This document shows positions 21,792 to 33,450 of a stretch of 64,000 bases of DNA, one piece after another (the first letter of the stretch is position 1; the number at the start of each line of letters is the position of its first letter). Below the pieces are notes generated by a model. The model had not been told where the DNA came from, searched no databases, and saw nothing but the letters and a program-made list of their open reading frames with translations. A program made the translations under genes and the position numbers. The stretch lies in NCBI GenBank assembly GCA_938075585.1, contig CALJHG010000026.1, forward strand, positions 20,303 through 84,302, in the 5' to 3' direction. Origin of the DNA: an uncultured Gammaproteobacteria bacterium. GTDB lineage: Bacteria; Pseudomonadota; Gammaproteobacteria; Ga0077536.

Positions 21792-22506
21792 CAAGTGACT
21801 TTTTCCTAAATAAATTCCACAGTCCTATAAAAGCCAAGATAGCAGCCATACTGAACCATTGTGTTGCATATGCCTCGTGTTTCTCACTACCTGACCCAGG
21901 TAACTTACGATCCACCTTCAAAGCACCAACTTGTGAGCCTTCTAGATAAAAAACATCTTTCAAAAGGACCTTCCCTTTACTGACGTTCCCGAGAGTTGAC
22001 GGATCAACTCTCTGAACTCGAATAGCGCTATCTCCTAATTTTTCTTTGAGGTCAGTTTTATCCCCACCAAAAAAGCTTACGCCTACAACAGGAGGGGGTC
22101 CAAAATAACCTTTAATCTCTAGTCTCTTTGATTGAACAGACACACTAGGAACAAAATCTCTTGATCCGCGATTCGAGACCCAACCGCGATTGACTAGTAC
22201 TGCGTGACCGTCATGTAATTTAAAGGGTGTTAGCACTTCGTATCCACTCTGCTTCATGTACACCCTATTATCTAAAAGTAAGTTCGTATCCTCATAACTT
22301 CCTACAAGTACCGCTTTTCTCCATTTAAGATCCACCTGCAGTGCACCATTTTCTAGGCGAAGTTCTGAACTTTGATGTTTTTCCAAAAAATTTCCATACC
22401 GCTCGCGCTTCTGTTCAGCCCTATCTAGCTGCCAAAAACCTAAAATACTTAAAAGCCCAATTGACAGGCTAAAAAGTACCACCAACAGTATACGTCGCAC
22501 GTTCAA
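21784..22506 (-). CDS. SURF1 family cytochrome oxidase assembly protein
   Basis: LGFWQLDRA, LLDNR, GYEVLTPF, LVNRGWV, HEAYATQWF. Confidence 0.93.
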   Translation of the reverse strand: MNVRRILLVVLFSLSIGLLSILGFWQLDRAEQKRERYGNFLEKHQSSELRLENGALQVDLKWRKAVLVGSYEDTNLLLDNRVYMKQSGYEVLTPFKLHDGHAVLVNRGWVSNRGSRDFVPSVSVQSKRLEIKGYFGPPPVVGVSFFGGDKTDLKEKLGDSAIRVQRVDPSTLGNVSKGKVLLKDVFYLEGSQVGALKVDRKLPGSGSEKHEAYATQWFSMAAILAFIGLWNLFRKKSLDE

Positions 22507-22565
22507 AATTGGCTTTCCATAAACGATTGCATAATAATAAGTTAATCTAAAATAAGGCGAAAATC

Positions 22566-22781
22566 ATGGCTGAACTACCCATCGTAAAACCGATTATAAT
22601 AGGCGTATTCTTTTTAATAGTGATAGCACTCGGTTCCGCAGGCCTAAGCCTTTTTAAAAAAGGCAGTACTCAGGGAACATCAACGGTAAAAGCATTAACC
22701 ATCCGGGTAACTTTATCAGTAATACTTCTACTCACAATTATCGGGCTATATCAATTCGGATTAATCTCCCCCAACGGGTAA
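22566..22781 (+). CDS. Twin-TM small protein (DUF2909/HIG1-like)
   Basis: Two TM helices, KALTIRVTLSV, GLISPN; opposite-strand position inside cox cluster. Confidence 0.8.
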   Translation: MAELPIVKPIIIGVFFLIVIALGSAGLSLFKKGSTQGTSTVKALTIRVTLSVILLLTIIGLYQFGLISPNG

Positions 22782-22808
22782 AATTGATCAGTCTATTCAA
22801 ATTAAAAA

Positions 22809-23699
22809 TCAAACCCAATAGACAAATATAAACAGGCCTATCCAAACTACGTCAACAAAATGCCAATACCATGCACAAGCTTCAAACCCAAAATGATTTT
22901 CGTGCGTGAAGTGACCCTTAATACATCGTGCCAATATGGTTGCCAGCATTATTGTACCCATCGTCACGTGAAATCCATGAAAGCCAGTTAAAAGGAAAAA
23001 TGTGGCCCCATAGATGCCCGAATTAAGTGTTAAACCGAGCGCGTGATAGGCATGCCGATACTCTTCTGCCTGCATAGCTACAAAAATTATGCCTAGAATC
23101 ACAGTAACAGACAGACCTGCTATAAGGTGCTTTCTACTGCCAATTTTCAGCCCCCAGTGAGCCCAAGTGCACGTTACACCACTGGTTAATAAGATTAAAG
23201 TGTTCCAAAAAGGAACGCCCCAAGCGCCAATTACCTCTTTAAATTGCGTAAATCCATACGAATCAGGTGTATTAAATAAGGGCCACGCGGAAGCAAACTC
23301 AGGCCAAAGAAACTCATTGGTCGCTCCTCCAGAGCCCGCACCACCTAACCAAGGGATCGAGTACATCCTCGCATAATAAAGCGCGCCAAAGAATGCAGCG
23401 AAAAACATCACCTCGGAAAAGATAAACCACGCCATACCCATACGGAAGCTTACATCAACTTGCCCGTTATACGTACCCGCCTCACTTTCAGCAATGACAT
23501 CGCCAAACCAACCGAATAACATATATACAAATAAGATAAATCCCGCACTCAACACGTAAGGCCCAATATTAGCCCCATTCAAAAGAGTCGCACCACCTAC
23601 AAACATCGCAAAAATTGATACAGATGCAATTAGGGGCCAACGGCTGGAATCTGGCACATAATAGTCAGCGTTGGAATAAGTAATATTAGACTTTGACAT
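22809..23699 (-). CDS. coxC: Cytochrome c oxidase subunit III
   Basis: WFIFSEVMFF, LTGFHGFHV, AWYWHFVDVVW. Confidence 0.97.
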   Translation of the reverse strand: MSKSNITYSNADYYVPDSSRWPLIASVSIFAMFVGGATLLNGANIGPYVLSAGFILFVYMLFGWFGDVIAESEAGTYNGQVDVSFRMGMAWFIFSEVMFFAAFFGALYYARMYSIPWLGGAGSGGATNEFLWPEFASAWPLFNTPDSYGFTQFKEVIGAWGVPFWNTLILLTSGVTCTWAHWGLKIGSRKHLIAGLSVTVILGIIFVAMQAEEYRHAYHALGLTLNSGIYGATFFLLTGFHGFHVTMGTIMLATILARCIKGHFTHENHFGFEACAWYWHFVDVVWIGLFIFVYWV

Positions 23700-23755
23700 G
23701 CTTATTTATCTCTCAAATTTCGGTACAAAAATATCTTGTTAATTAGCTCTACACT

Positions 23756-24304
23756 TTAATCTACACTTGCTACATCTAGAGCCTCGAAAAAAGTATAACC
23801 TAAAGTTAATAATTTCACCTCCTGAGGAAGATCAGGATCGACCACAAATAACACGGGCATCGTTAATATCTGGTCTGGCTCTAACGATTGTTTAGTAAAA
23901 CAAAAACACTCTGTTTTGTTAAAAAACTTCGCAGCAGCATTTGGGGCCACACTCGGTACTGCATTACCTACTAAAGTATAATTAGCATTATTTTTAACAA
24001 TAAAATCAGCTCGTGTCTCAACGCCCGGCCGCACGAGCATCTTCTCTACCGTTGGCTCGAAATCCCAAGGCAGATCAGCACTAACGCTTGTAACAAATTC
24101 GACCTCCACGAGTCGGTCATCGTAAAGTTCTTTACTTCCAACATCTGCAGATACTATTCGACCCGTTTTCCCGTTTAATCCCGTAATCTCGCAAAAGACA
24201 TCGTAGAGAGGAACTAGTGAATACCCAAATCCAAACATTAAAACTGTCGCAAACAAAAGGAACCGCACAGTTTTAGAGTTAGCTTTTTTCTGCGACGCAT
24301 TCAT
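23756..24304 (-). CDS. ctaG: Cytochrome c oxidase assembly protein CtaG/Cox11
   Basis: VPLYDVFCEITGLNG, FNKTECFCF. Confidence 0.96.
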   Translation of the reverse strand: MNASQKKANSKTVRFLLFATVLMFGFGYSLVPLYDVFCEITGLNGKTGRIVSADVGSKELYDDRLVEVEFVTSVSADLPWDFEPTVEKMLVRPGVETRADFIVKNNANYTLVGNAVPSVAPNAAAKFFNKTECFCFTKQSLEPDQILTMPVLFVVDPDLPQEVKLLTLGYTFFEALDVASVD

Positions 24305-24307
24305 AAT

Positions 24308-24418
24308 CTATAGCCTAGTCGCAATTCCCCATATATAAACACCTACTACTAATGCTAACAGGCCCAGTGCGGTGCGCACTGCTTTCTTCTTTCTGCTCTC
24401 ATCAGGGGTAAAACTCAC
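24308..24418 (-). CDS. 36-aa single-TM small protein in the cox operon (not in ORF track)
   Basis: GTG directly after coxA TAA; MSFTPDESRKKKAVRTALGLLALVVGVYIWGIATRL*; fills the coxA-ctaG gap. Confidence 0.7.
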   Translation of the reverse strand: MSFTPDESRKKKAVRTALGLLALVVGVYIWGIATRL

Positions 24419-26020
24419 TTATCTGTGACCACCGGTAATACTTTCAGGGTCGGGAGCCTCTGTGAAGCTGTGGTAGGGCGGTGGAGACGAAAGAGTCCAC
24501 TCGAGACCTTGGGCGCCTTCCCAGACTTCGTCAGTAGCTTTTTCGCCACCTCTAATACACTTGACAACGATTATCACAAATAATATCTGGGAAATTCCGT
24601 AGCCTAGACCCCCTATGCTCGAAACCATATTAAAGTCTGCAAACTGAACTGCATAGTCTGGAATTCGCCTTGGCATTCCGGCTAACCCCAGAAAATGTTG
24701 CGGAAAAAACAAAACATTTACTGAAATCACAGATAACCAGAAGTGCCACTTCGCCAGCGTTTCGTTATACATATGCCCCGTCCATTTAGGCATCCAAAAA
24801 TAGGCCCCAGCCATAAGGGCGAATACAGCTCCCGTCACTAACACATAATGAAAGTGTGCTACCACGAAGTACGTATCATGGTACTGGAAGTCCACGGGCG
24901 TAACGCCTAGCATTAACCCGGAAAAACCACCAATTGTGAAAAGTATTACGAACCCTAAAGCAAACAACATTGGAGTTTCGAAGGTCATGGAACTCTGCCA
25001 CATAGTGGCAACCCAATTAAAGACTTTCACCCCTGTAGGTACCGCTATTAAAACCGTCGTGTACATGAAGAACAATTCCCCGGCCAATGGCATACCTACA
25101 GTAAACATGTGATGCGCCCAAACAATAAAACTCAAAAACGCTATCGCTCCTGTCGCATAAACCATCGAGCTATAACCAAATAGTGGTTTGCGGGCAAAAG
25201 TGGGAATTATGGCAGAAACTATGCCAAATGCGGGTAGGATAAGAATATAGACCTCGGGATGTCCAAAGAACCAAAAAATATGTTGGAACATAACCGGATC
25301 ACCGCCCCCTGCGGCACTGAAAAATGCGGTTCCGAAAAACTTATCAGTAAGCAACATCGTCACGGCACCTGCCAAGACAGGAATCGACGCAATTAAAAGA
25401 AACCCGGTTATTATCCAAGTCCACACAAATAGGGGCAATTTCATTAGCGTCATCCCCGGAGCTCGCATGTTAAACACCGTAGCAACCACGTTAATGGCTC
25501 CCGCAATGGAGGATGCGCCCATAAAATGCACCGCAAAAATCAAGAACGGAAAGGCATCACCAGTTTGTAACACCAACGGTGGATACATTGTCCAACCACC
25601 AGCAGGTGCGCCACCCGGCATGAACAACGTGCTCAAAAGCATAGTAAAAGCAAACGGCAAGATCCAAAAACTCCAGTTGTTTAATCGAGGCAATGCCATA
25701 TCTGGCGCCCCAATCATCATAGGAATCATCCAATTAGCAAAACCAGTCCAGGCCGGCATCACCGCACCAAAAATCATAATTAGCGCATGCATAGTAACCA
25801 TAGAATTATAAAATTGCGGATCTACGAACTGCAATCCTGGCTGAAAAAGTTCTAACCTAATGATCATTGCCATAGTGCCGCCGATGAAAAACATCACCAA
25901 CGAGAACAAAAGATAGAGCGTTCCAATATCTTTATGATTTGTCGTAGTCAACCAGCGCATAATTCCTGTGGCATGCGCCCCGTGGTGATCGTCGTGGTGG
26001 TGCGTCGCAACCTCACTCAT
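24419..26020 (-). CDS. coxA: Cytochrome c oxidase subunit I, type A1
   Basis: NHKDIGTLY, FWFFGHPEVY, WAHHMF, HDTYFVVAHFHYV, GMPRR. Confidence 0.98.
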   Translation of the reverse strand: MSEVATHHHDDHHGAHATGIMRWLTTTNHKDIGTLYLLFSLVMFFIGGTMAMIIRLELFQPGLQFVDPQFYNSMVTMHALIMIFGAVMPAWTGFANWMIPMMIGAPDMALPRLNNWSFWILPFAFTMLLSTLFMPGGAPAGGWTMYPPLVLQTGDAFPFLIFAVHFMGASSIAGAINVVATVFNMRAPGMTLMKLPLFVWTWIITGFLLIASIPVLAGAVTMLLTDKFFGTAFFSAAGGGDPVMFQHIFWFFGHPEVYILILPAFGIVSAIIPTFARKPLFGYSSMVYATGAIAFLSFIVWAHHMFTVGMPLAGELFFMYTTVLIAVPTGVKVFNWVATMWQSSMTFETPMLFALGFVILFTIGGFSGLMLGVTPVDFQYHDTYFVVAHFHYVLVTGAVFALMAGAYFWMPKWTGHMYNETLAKWHFWLSVISVNVLFFPQHFLGLAGMPRRIPDYAVQFADFNMVSSIGGLGYGISQILFVIIVVKCIRGGEKATDEVWEGAQGLEWTLSSPPPYHSFTEAPDPESITGGHR

Positions 26021-26060
26021 GATTTAACCTCTAAATTAGTATATTGTTGTTGGTGCATTA

Positions 26061-26939
26061 TTACTCGCCGGAGTTGATTTTTTTGGCCTCAGTCAGAACT
26101 ATAGAGTTCATCTGGTCAAGGGCTTTAGAATCATTAATCACGAGAGCTTTTTCCTCAGTTTTTTTCGCAATCCACGCTAAATAATCAGCCTCCGGAACGG
26201 CCTCAACGACTATAGGCATGAAACCATGATCCTTGCCACATAGCTCGGCGCACTGACCGCGGTATACTCCCGGCTCCTGTATCAATGCCCATGATTCATT
26301 AATAAATCCAGGTATCGCATCTCTTTTCCACCCCAGCGCAGGAACCCACCATGCATGGATAACATCGCCTGCTGTAGTGAGAAACCGAATCTTTTTATTA
26401 GTTGGAACAACTAAATAGTTATCAACATCTCTAAGGTAGTGGTCGACATCGAATGGATCTAACTCAGCCCCTCTCTGCCTGGCTATATTAGAGTCTTTAT
26501 GTATAGTGCTATAAAAACTGACATCTTCGCCAATATAATCGTAATGCCACTTCCACTGATAGCCAGTCACTTTGATGGTCATATCAGCGTTTGAGACATC
26601 TTCCATCATAATAAGCGATTTAGTCGCAGGGACCGCTACAGCAATCAATATCGCGAAAGGAATAACCGTCCACAAGACTTCGACTTTTGTGCTGTGGTGC
26701 CAATTGGCTGCTTTTGCACCACGCGATTTTCTATGCACAAATATGGAGTAAAACATCGCTCCGAACACGACCACACCTATCGCACAGACAATCCACAACA
26801 CGTACATATGTAAATCGTAAATATCTTGGCTAAACGGAGTGACACCGCGCGGCAAGTTTAATTCCCAGTCGGCAAAACATGCAGCAGGAATTAATGCGAG
26901 TATCAATGATATAAAAATATTTTTACTTAAAAGATTCAT
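26061..26939 (-). CDS. coxB: Cytochrome c oxidase subunit II (CuA, no fused cytochrome c)
   Basis: GYQWKW, DVIHAWWVP, CAELCGKDHGFM; no CxxCH. Confidence 0.97.
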   Translation of the reverse strand: MNLLSKNIFISLILALIPAACFADWELNLPRGVTPFSQDIYDLHMYVLWIVCAIGVVVFGAMFYSIFVHRKSRGAKAANWHHSTKVEVLWTVIPFAILIAVAVPATKSLIMMEDVSNADMTIKVTGYQWKWHYDYIGEDVSFYSTIHKDSNIARQRGAELDPFDVDHYLRDVDNYLVVPTNKKIRFLTTAGDVIHAWWVPALGWKRDAIPGFINESWALIQEPGVYRGQCAELCGKDHGFMPIVVEAVPEADYLAWIAKKTEEKALVINDSKALDQMNSIVLTEAKKINSGE

Positions 26940-27192
26940 TTAGTACTATCTCCGTGCTTATCTATTCGAGAAGCACGCACAAATTATTATAGATTTAACA
27001 CGAAAAATTATGCTTTGTTCAACATTACAACATTTCTTTGCTAGGCTCCCAGAAAATATTACGCCTGAACTAAAAATTCAGACCAGTTTGCGTTAAGTAT
27101 ATTAACCTTTTTTATTTGCCGCGTTAACTGAAAACATAATATAACAGATAACCGACCATGAGATTAAACATTTAAACCCGCGTAAGCCAAAA

Positions 27193-27876
27193 TTATTCAG
27201 CCACTTTCAAAATTTGTTTTACGAAATTATCCATCACTTCGAGATCCCCATTCGTATCTCCACCAAAGTCACAGCGCATTAGAAGTGGCGAATCAATTTT
27301 TGATTCCAAATAACTGATATTTCCTCCCGGGTCATGCATTAACGGATCCAAAACGTTTGCAACCCAGCCTAAGAACCTTAATCCAGAGGCCTTGATAGCT
27401 TCCGCCGTAAGCACCGCATGATTGATACAACCAAGTTTAACCCCCACCACTAGAACCACCGGCAACCCCAGCGTGGTAGCTAGATCGGCGACACTGTCCG
27501 ACGCACTTAACGGCGCTCTCCAACCTCCAACCCCTTCCACTACCAGATAATCGGTAGCGATTTTACAAAGATTATAAGCGTCTACTATCTTGCCTAGACG
27601 GATCGGCTCATTTGCCTCTAAAGCGGCAATATGCGGCGAGCAGGCGGGAGTAAAAAGGTAGGGATTACGCAGCTTTTGCCCTAGCGCGACGTTTGATGCC
27701 TCCAACAAGATTTGATCATCCTCATGAATCAATTTATCTTCTAACTTTTCAGCACCAGTCGCCACCGGTTTCATCCCAGCAACCTGATACCCTTGCATTG
27801 CTATCGCCCGAATTAATAGAGCACTAACGTAGGTTTTTCCACACCCTGTGTCCGTCCCAGTTATAAATATACTCAT
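27193..27876 (-). CDS. bioD: Dethiobiotin synthetase
   Basis: FITGTDTGCGKT, MKPVATG, VVEGVGG, LGCINHA. Confidence 0.96.
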   Translation of the reverse strand: MSIFITGTDTGCGKTYVSALLIRAIAMQGYQVAGMKPVATGAEKLEDKLIHEDDQILLEASNVALGQKLRNPYLFTPACSPHIAALEANEPIRLGKIVDAYNLCKIATDYLVVEGVGGWRAPLSASDSVADLATTLGLPVVLVVGVKLGCINHAVLTAEAIKASGLRFLGWVANVLDPLMHDPGGNISYLESKIDSPLLMRCDFGGDTNGDLEVMDNFVKQILKVAE

Positions 27877-28736
27877 CTTTTTTTTAACCGTGACAAAGGA
27901 AAAGTATGGCCAGCATTCGCTTTTTGTTTGGCACGATCAAGGGCCCAGGCGTGACCGATAATTACTTCGTAGGTGGCGGGAATCTTGTTGTCTCGACGAA
28001 GTTGATCATAAGCCTTAATCATTCCAGCCAACCTTTCCTTTCCCATCAATGCTTTTTGCCTGCCACGAGACACATTGGAGGCACCTATCCCTTTCAAATC
28101 TCGCATCAATTCCATCACATCTTCATACTCGACGATTATCCTCTCAGTCGTTAGCACAGGGTCAGAAAACCCCTGGGCAGATAATATGTCGCCAACTTCA
28201 TGCATATCTAAGAATTCGTTTACGTGAGGAATCGAAGAAACAGAATCAAATGAACTCCTGAGTTCATGGAGCGTATCTGGGCCTAAGGTAGCAAACAAAA
28301 ATAGTCCACCCGGACTTAGAACCCTCCTTATTTCGGCGAAAGACAATCCTAACTGCTGGCTCCACTGTAACGCTAAGCTAGTAAAAGCTAGATCAATCTG
28401 CCCATCGGCGATTGGCAGTGCCTCCATGTCACCACAAATATACCGTTCCCGAGAAAATAACTTTACCTTTTTGTTGTAACGAGCTTTTACAAGCATTCTA
28501 ATCGCAAAATCAACCAAGTATATTTTAGATTTCTTAAATTTTCGCCCCAAAAGCCTTGAAAACCGTCCAGTCCCAGCACCTAGATCAGCGATTCTTTGGG
28601 GATTAACTACTAGCATATCTAACTGCTGAAGGACTCTAGAACCAACCTCTCTTTGCAAAAAATCGTGCGTATCATAGGTACCTGCGGCACGATTGAACGA
28701 CGCCATTGTGCTTTTTTTGTCAAGTGAGGCGGTCAT
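27873..28736 (-). CDS. bioC: Malonyl-ACP O-methyltransferase
   Basis: SFNRAAGTYD, DLGAGTG, SLALQW, TLGPDTLHEL, LKGIGA, PATYEVI. Confidence 0.93.
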   Translation of the reverse strand: MTASLDKKSTMASFNRAAGTYDTHDFLQREVGSRVLQQLDMLVVNPQRIADLGAGTGRFSRLLGRKFKKSKIYLVDFAIRMLVKARYNKKVKLFSRERYICGDMEALPIADGQIDLAFTSLALQWSQQLGLSFAEIRRVLSPGGLFLFATLGPDTLHELRSSFDSVSSIPHVNEFLDMHEVGDILSAQGFSDPVLTTERIIVEYEDVMELMRDLKGIGASNVSRGRQKALMGKERLAGMIKAYDQLRRDNKIPATYEVIIGHAWALDRAKQKANAGHTFPLSRLKKR

Positions 28737-29902
28737 AACCGACAGGAGAGTGCGTCTTTAATGGCTTGAATCAAACTAAGAATATCATCATGATTATGAC
28801 TTGACGTTATTGTGAGTCTTATTCGCGATGTCCCGGGTGGTACAGTCGGTGGTCTTATAGGACGAACATAGAAGCCTCTTTTCATGAGATAATTTGCCAC
28901 AGCAATAGTTTTTTCTTCCTTCCCAAAAATAATAGGTTGTATCGGAGAATCGCTGTCTTGTAATTGAATTCCGGCTTCTCTGGCTAGTCGGCGGAAAAAC
29001 CTTATATTTTCGAACAGAGACTGCCGTCTTTTAGGGCAGGCCTCTAGAAGGGTTAACGACTCTAGCGCGGCGGCCACACATAACGGAGGCATCGCCGTAT
29101 CATATATATAAGTCCGAGCTTTTTGCACTAAAAGATCGATAACCTCATTTGAGCCGAGGATTGCTGCTCCCATAGAACCCAACGCCTTGCCAAATGTAAT
29201 CATGACTAACACAGAAGACGATAGTTGTGAGCCGCAACTTAAAATCCCCGCTGCACCTTTACCATTTCCTACTATCCCGAAGCCGTGCGCATCGTCAACG
29301 TAGAGCACGCTTTCGTTTTGGATCACATTGCCCAGCAATGAGCTAAGGTCAATTAAATCGCCGTCCATGCTAAATACTGATTCAGTAACGAGCATTTTTA
29401 CGTCGCGATCCTGAATACTGGATAAATCCGGTGTTTTCCCATGGGGATATCTTTTATGGGCTGCTTTACTAGCCAGAACGCCATCTATTAACGAGGCATG
29501 ATTCAACTTGTCGTGAAATATAAAATCCTTCCGGCCCATCAACGCGGGAATAGCGCCTGTATTCGCCAAGTAACCAGACGAAAAAATTAATGCACTCTCA
29601 GACCCCGCGAAACGAGCTAATTCCTTTTCTAGCTCCGCATGCAGAGAACTTCGACCAGATAATAACGAAGCTGAACCAGAACCAACCCCAAATTTCTTGA
29701 CCTCGTCAGAAACGCGCTGGATAACCGCTTCATCCGAAGACATTCCAAGGTAATCATTACTACAAAAATTAATCAGTTCGCGGCCATCGAGCTCGATTCG
29801 CCCACCTTGACGACTTCTGCGCGCATCAAGTGTTCTCAGTAAATTTCTTTCGGTTAAATCAGATATCTGCCGCGAGACTCTCCTTAAAAAACCAGCACTC
29901 AC
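28733..29902 (-). CDS. bioF: 8-amino-7-oxononanoate synthase
   Basis: NFCSNDYLG, SSGYLAN, DKLNHASLIDG, DDAHG, TFGKALG, IRPPTVP. Confidence 0.96.
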   Translation of the reverse strand: MSAGFLRRVSRQISDLTERNLLRTLDARRSRQGGRIELDGRELINFCSNDYLGMSSDEAVIQRVSDEVKKFGVGSGSASLLSGRSSLHAELEKELARFAGSESALIFSSGYLANTGAIPALMGRKDFIFHDKLNHASLIDGVLASKAAHKRYPHGKTPDLSSIQDRDVKMLVTESVFSMDGDLIDLSSLLGNVIQNESVLYVDDAHGFGIVGNGKGAAGILSCGSQLSSSVLVMITFGKALGSMGAAILGSNEVIDLLVQKARTYIYDTAMPPLCVAAALESLTLLEACPKRRQSLFENIRFFRRLAREAGIQLQDSDSPIQPIIFGKEEKTIAVANYLMKRGFYVRPIRPPTVPPGTSRIRLTITSSHNHDDILSLIQAIKDALSCRL

Positions 29903-29913
29903 CCCTAAGCCAA

Positions 29914-30903
29914 CTAATTGTGAGTGCTTAAGGACGCATTCAAGCCTAGAGAGCTGAATAACTCGTTATCTGCAACTACCACAGGGTTATCAGTTGTAAG
30001 AAGTGAATCACCATAAAATATAGAATTTGCGCCCGCAAAGAAACTAAGAGCCTGCGTCTCATCTGTCATACTCGTTCGGCCTGCGCTTAATCTCACGAAT
30101 GACTTAGGCATCATAATTCGTGCCGCCGCAATCGTTTTTACAAAGTCGATAGGGTGAACCGCGTTCGCCTCGGCCAAAGGAGTCCCTTTTACCCGTACTA
30201 ACAGGTTAATAGGGACAGATTGAGGTTGTACCGGCATATTAGCAAGCTGTCGCAATAATTCGGCCCGATCAGCCACGGCTTCTCCTAACCCAACTATACC
30301 CCCACAACAAACATTTATATCAGCATTTCTGACATTTTCTAGGGTGTCTAGCCTGTCTTGATAAGTTCGCGTGGTGATAACCTCTCCATAAAATTCCGGA
30401 GATGTATCTAAATTATGGTTATAATAATCCAATCCGGCATTCGCCAAACGCCTCGCCTGCATGTCGTTCAACATACCTAGCGTCACACATGTCTCCATCC
30501 CTAAATCTCTCACGGCCTCTATCAAAGGCACGACAGCATCGAGATCCTTATCCTTCGGAGATCTCCAAGCAGCACCCATGCAAAACCGAGTTGCTCCAGC
30601 AGCTTGGGCAGCCCTAGCAGATTCTAACACCGTCTCTTTATCCATAACCGGAGTAACTTCAACATTCGTGTCGAAACGAACGCTTTGGGGACAGTAGGAG
30701 CAGTCTTCCGGACACTTACCACTTTTGATGTTTAATAGCGTACTTAATTGTACCTCGTTTGGGTCAAAATTCTCCCTGTGTACAGTGTGTGCTTTGAATA
30801 ACAAATCGTTGAAGGGCAGGTCAAACAATTTCTCAGCTTGCTGCTTACTCCACAATTCTTCATCTGCTATACCCGCTTTCGATATGTTCTGGACGGAAAC
30901 CAT
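29914..30903 (-). CDS. bioB: Biotin synthase
   Basis: [36 protein letters not shown]. Confidence 0.98.
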   Translation of the reverse strand: MVSVQNISKAGIADEELWSKQQAEKLFDLPFNDLLFKAHTVHRENFDPNEVQLSTLLNIKSGKCPEDCSYCPQSVRFDTNVEVTPVMDKETVLESARAAQAAGATRFCMGAAWRSPKDKDLDAVVPLIEAVRDLGMETCVTLGMLNDMQARRLANAGLDYYNHNLDTSPEFYGEVITTRTYQDRLDTLENVRNADINVCCGGIVGLGEAVADRAELLRQLANMPVQPQSVPINLLVRVKGTPLAEANAVHPIDFVKTIAAARIMMPKSFVRLSAGRTSMTDETQALSFFAGANSIFYGDSLLTTDNPVVVADNELFSSLGLNASLSTHN

Positions 30904-30943
30904 GCCAACACCCCTTAATGGCCAACCGATAAACAGCGGCGCT

Positions 30944-30977
30944 TCGTAAACTATTTAATGTAATGAAAAGTTTACCA
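30944..30977. promoter_or_regulatory. BirA operator (bioO)
   Basis: Perfect GTAAACT-N16-AGTTTAC inverted repeat (30946-30975), 43 bp upstream of bioB; matches TGTAAACC-N16-GGTTTACA. Confidence 0.8.
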
Positions 30978-31050
30978 TTGCTCGGCGAAAAAGCAACTCC
31001 TCTACAATCAACAACCTAAAAATTGAAAGTAAGTGCCTACTTTTACCACA

Positions 31051-33450
<2,400 letters not shown>

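Noticed and set aside
22960..22976. GTCACGTGAAATC in coxC (and ATCACGTGGAAAT in mutM) as parS sites
   Set aside because: Only half-site similarity, explained by conserved FHV/HVE codons
29894..29928. AGCACTC...GAGTGCT as a second CIRCE
   Set aside because: Spacer is 21 bp, not 9, and it spans coding sequence; better explained as an RNA hairpin
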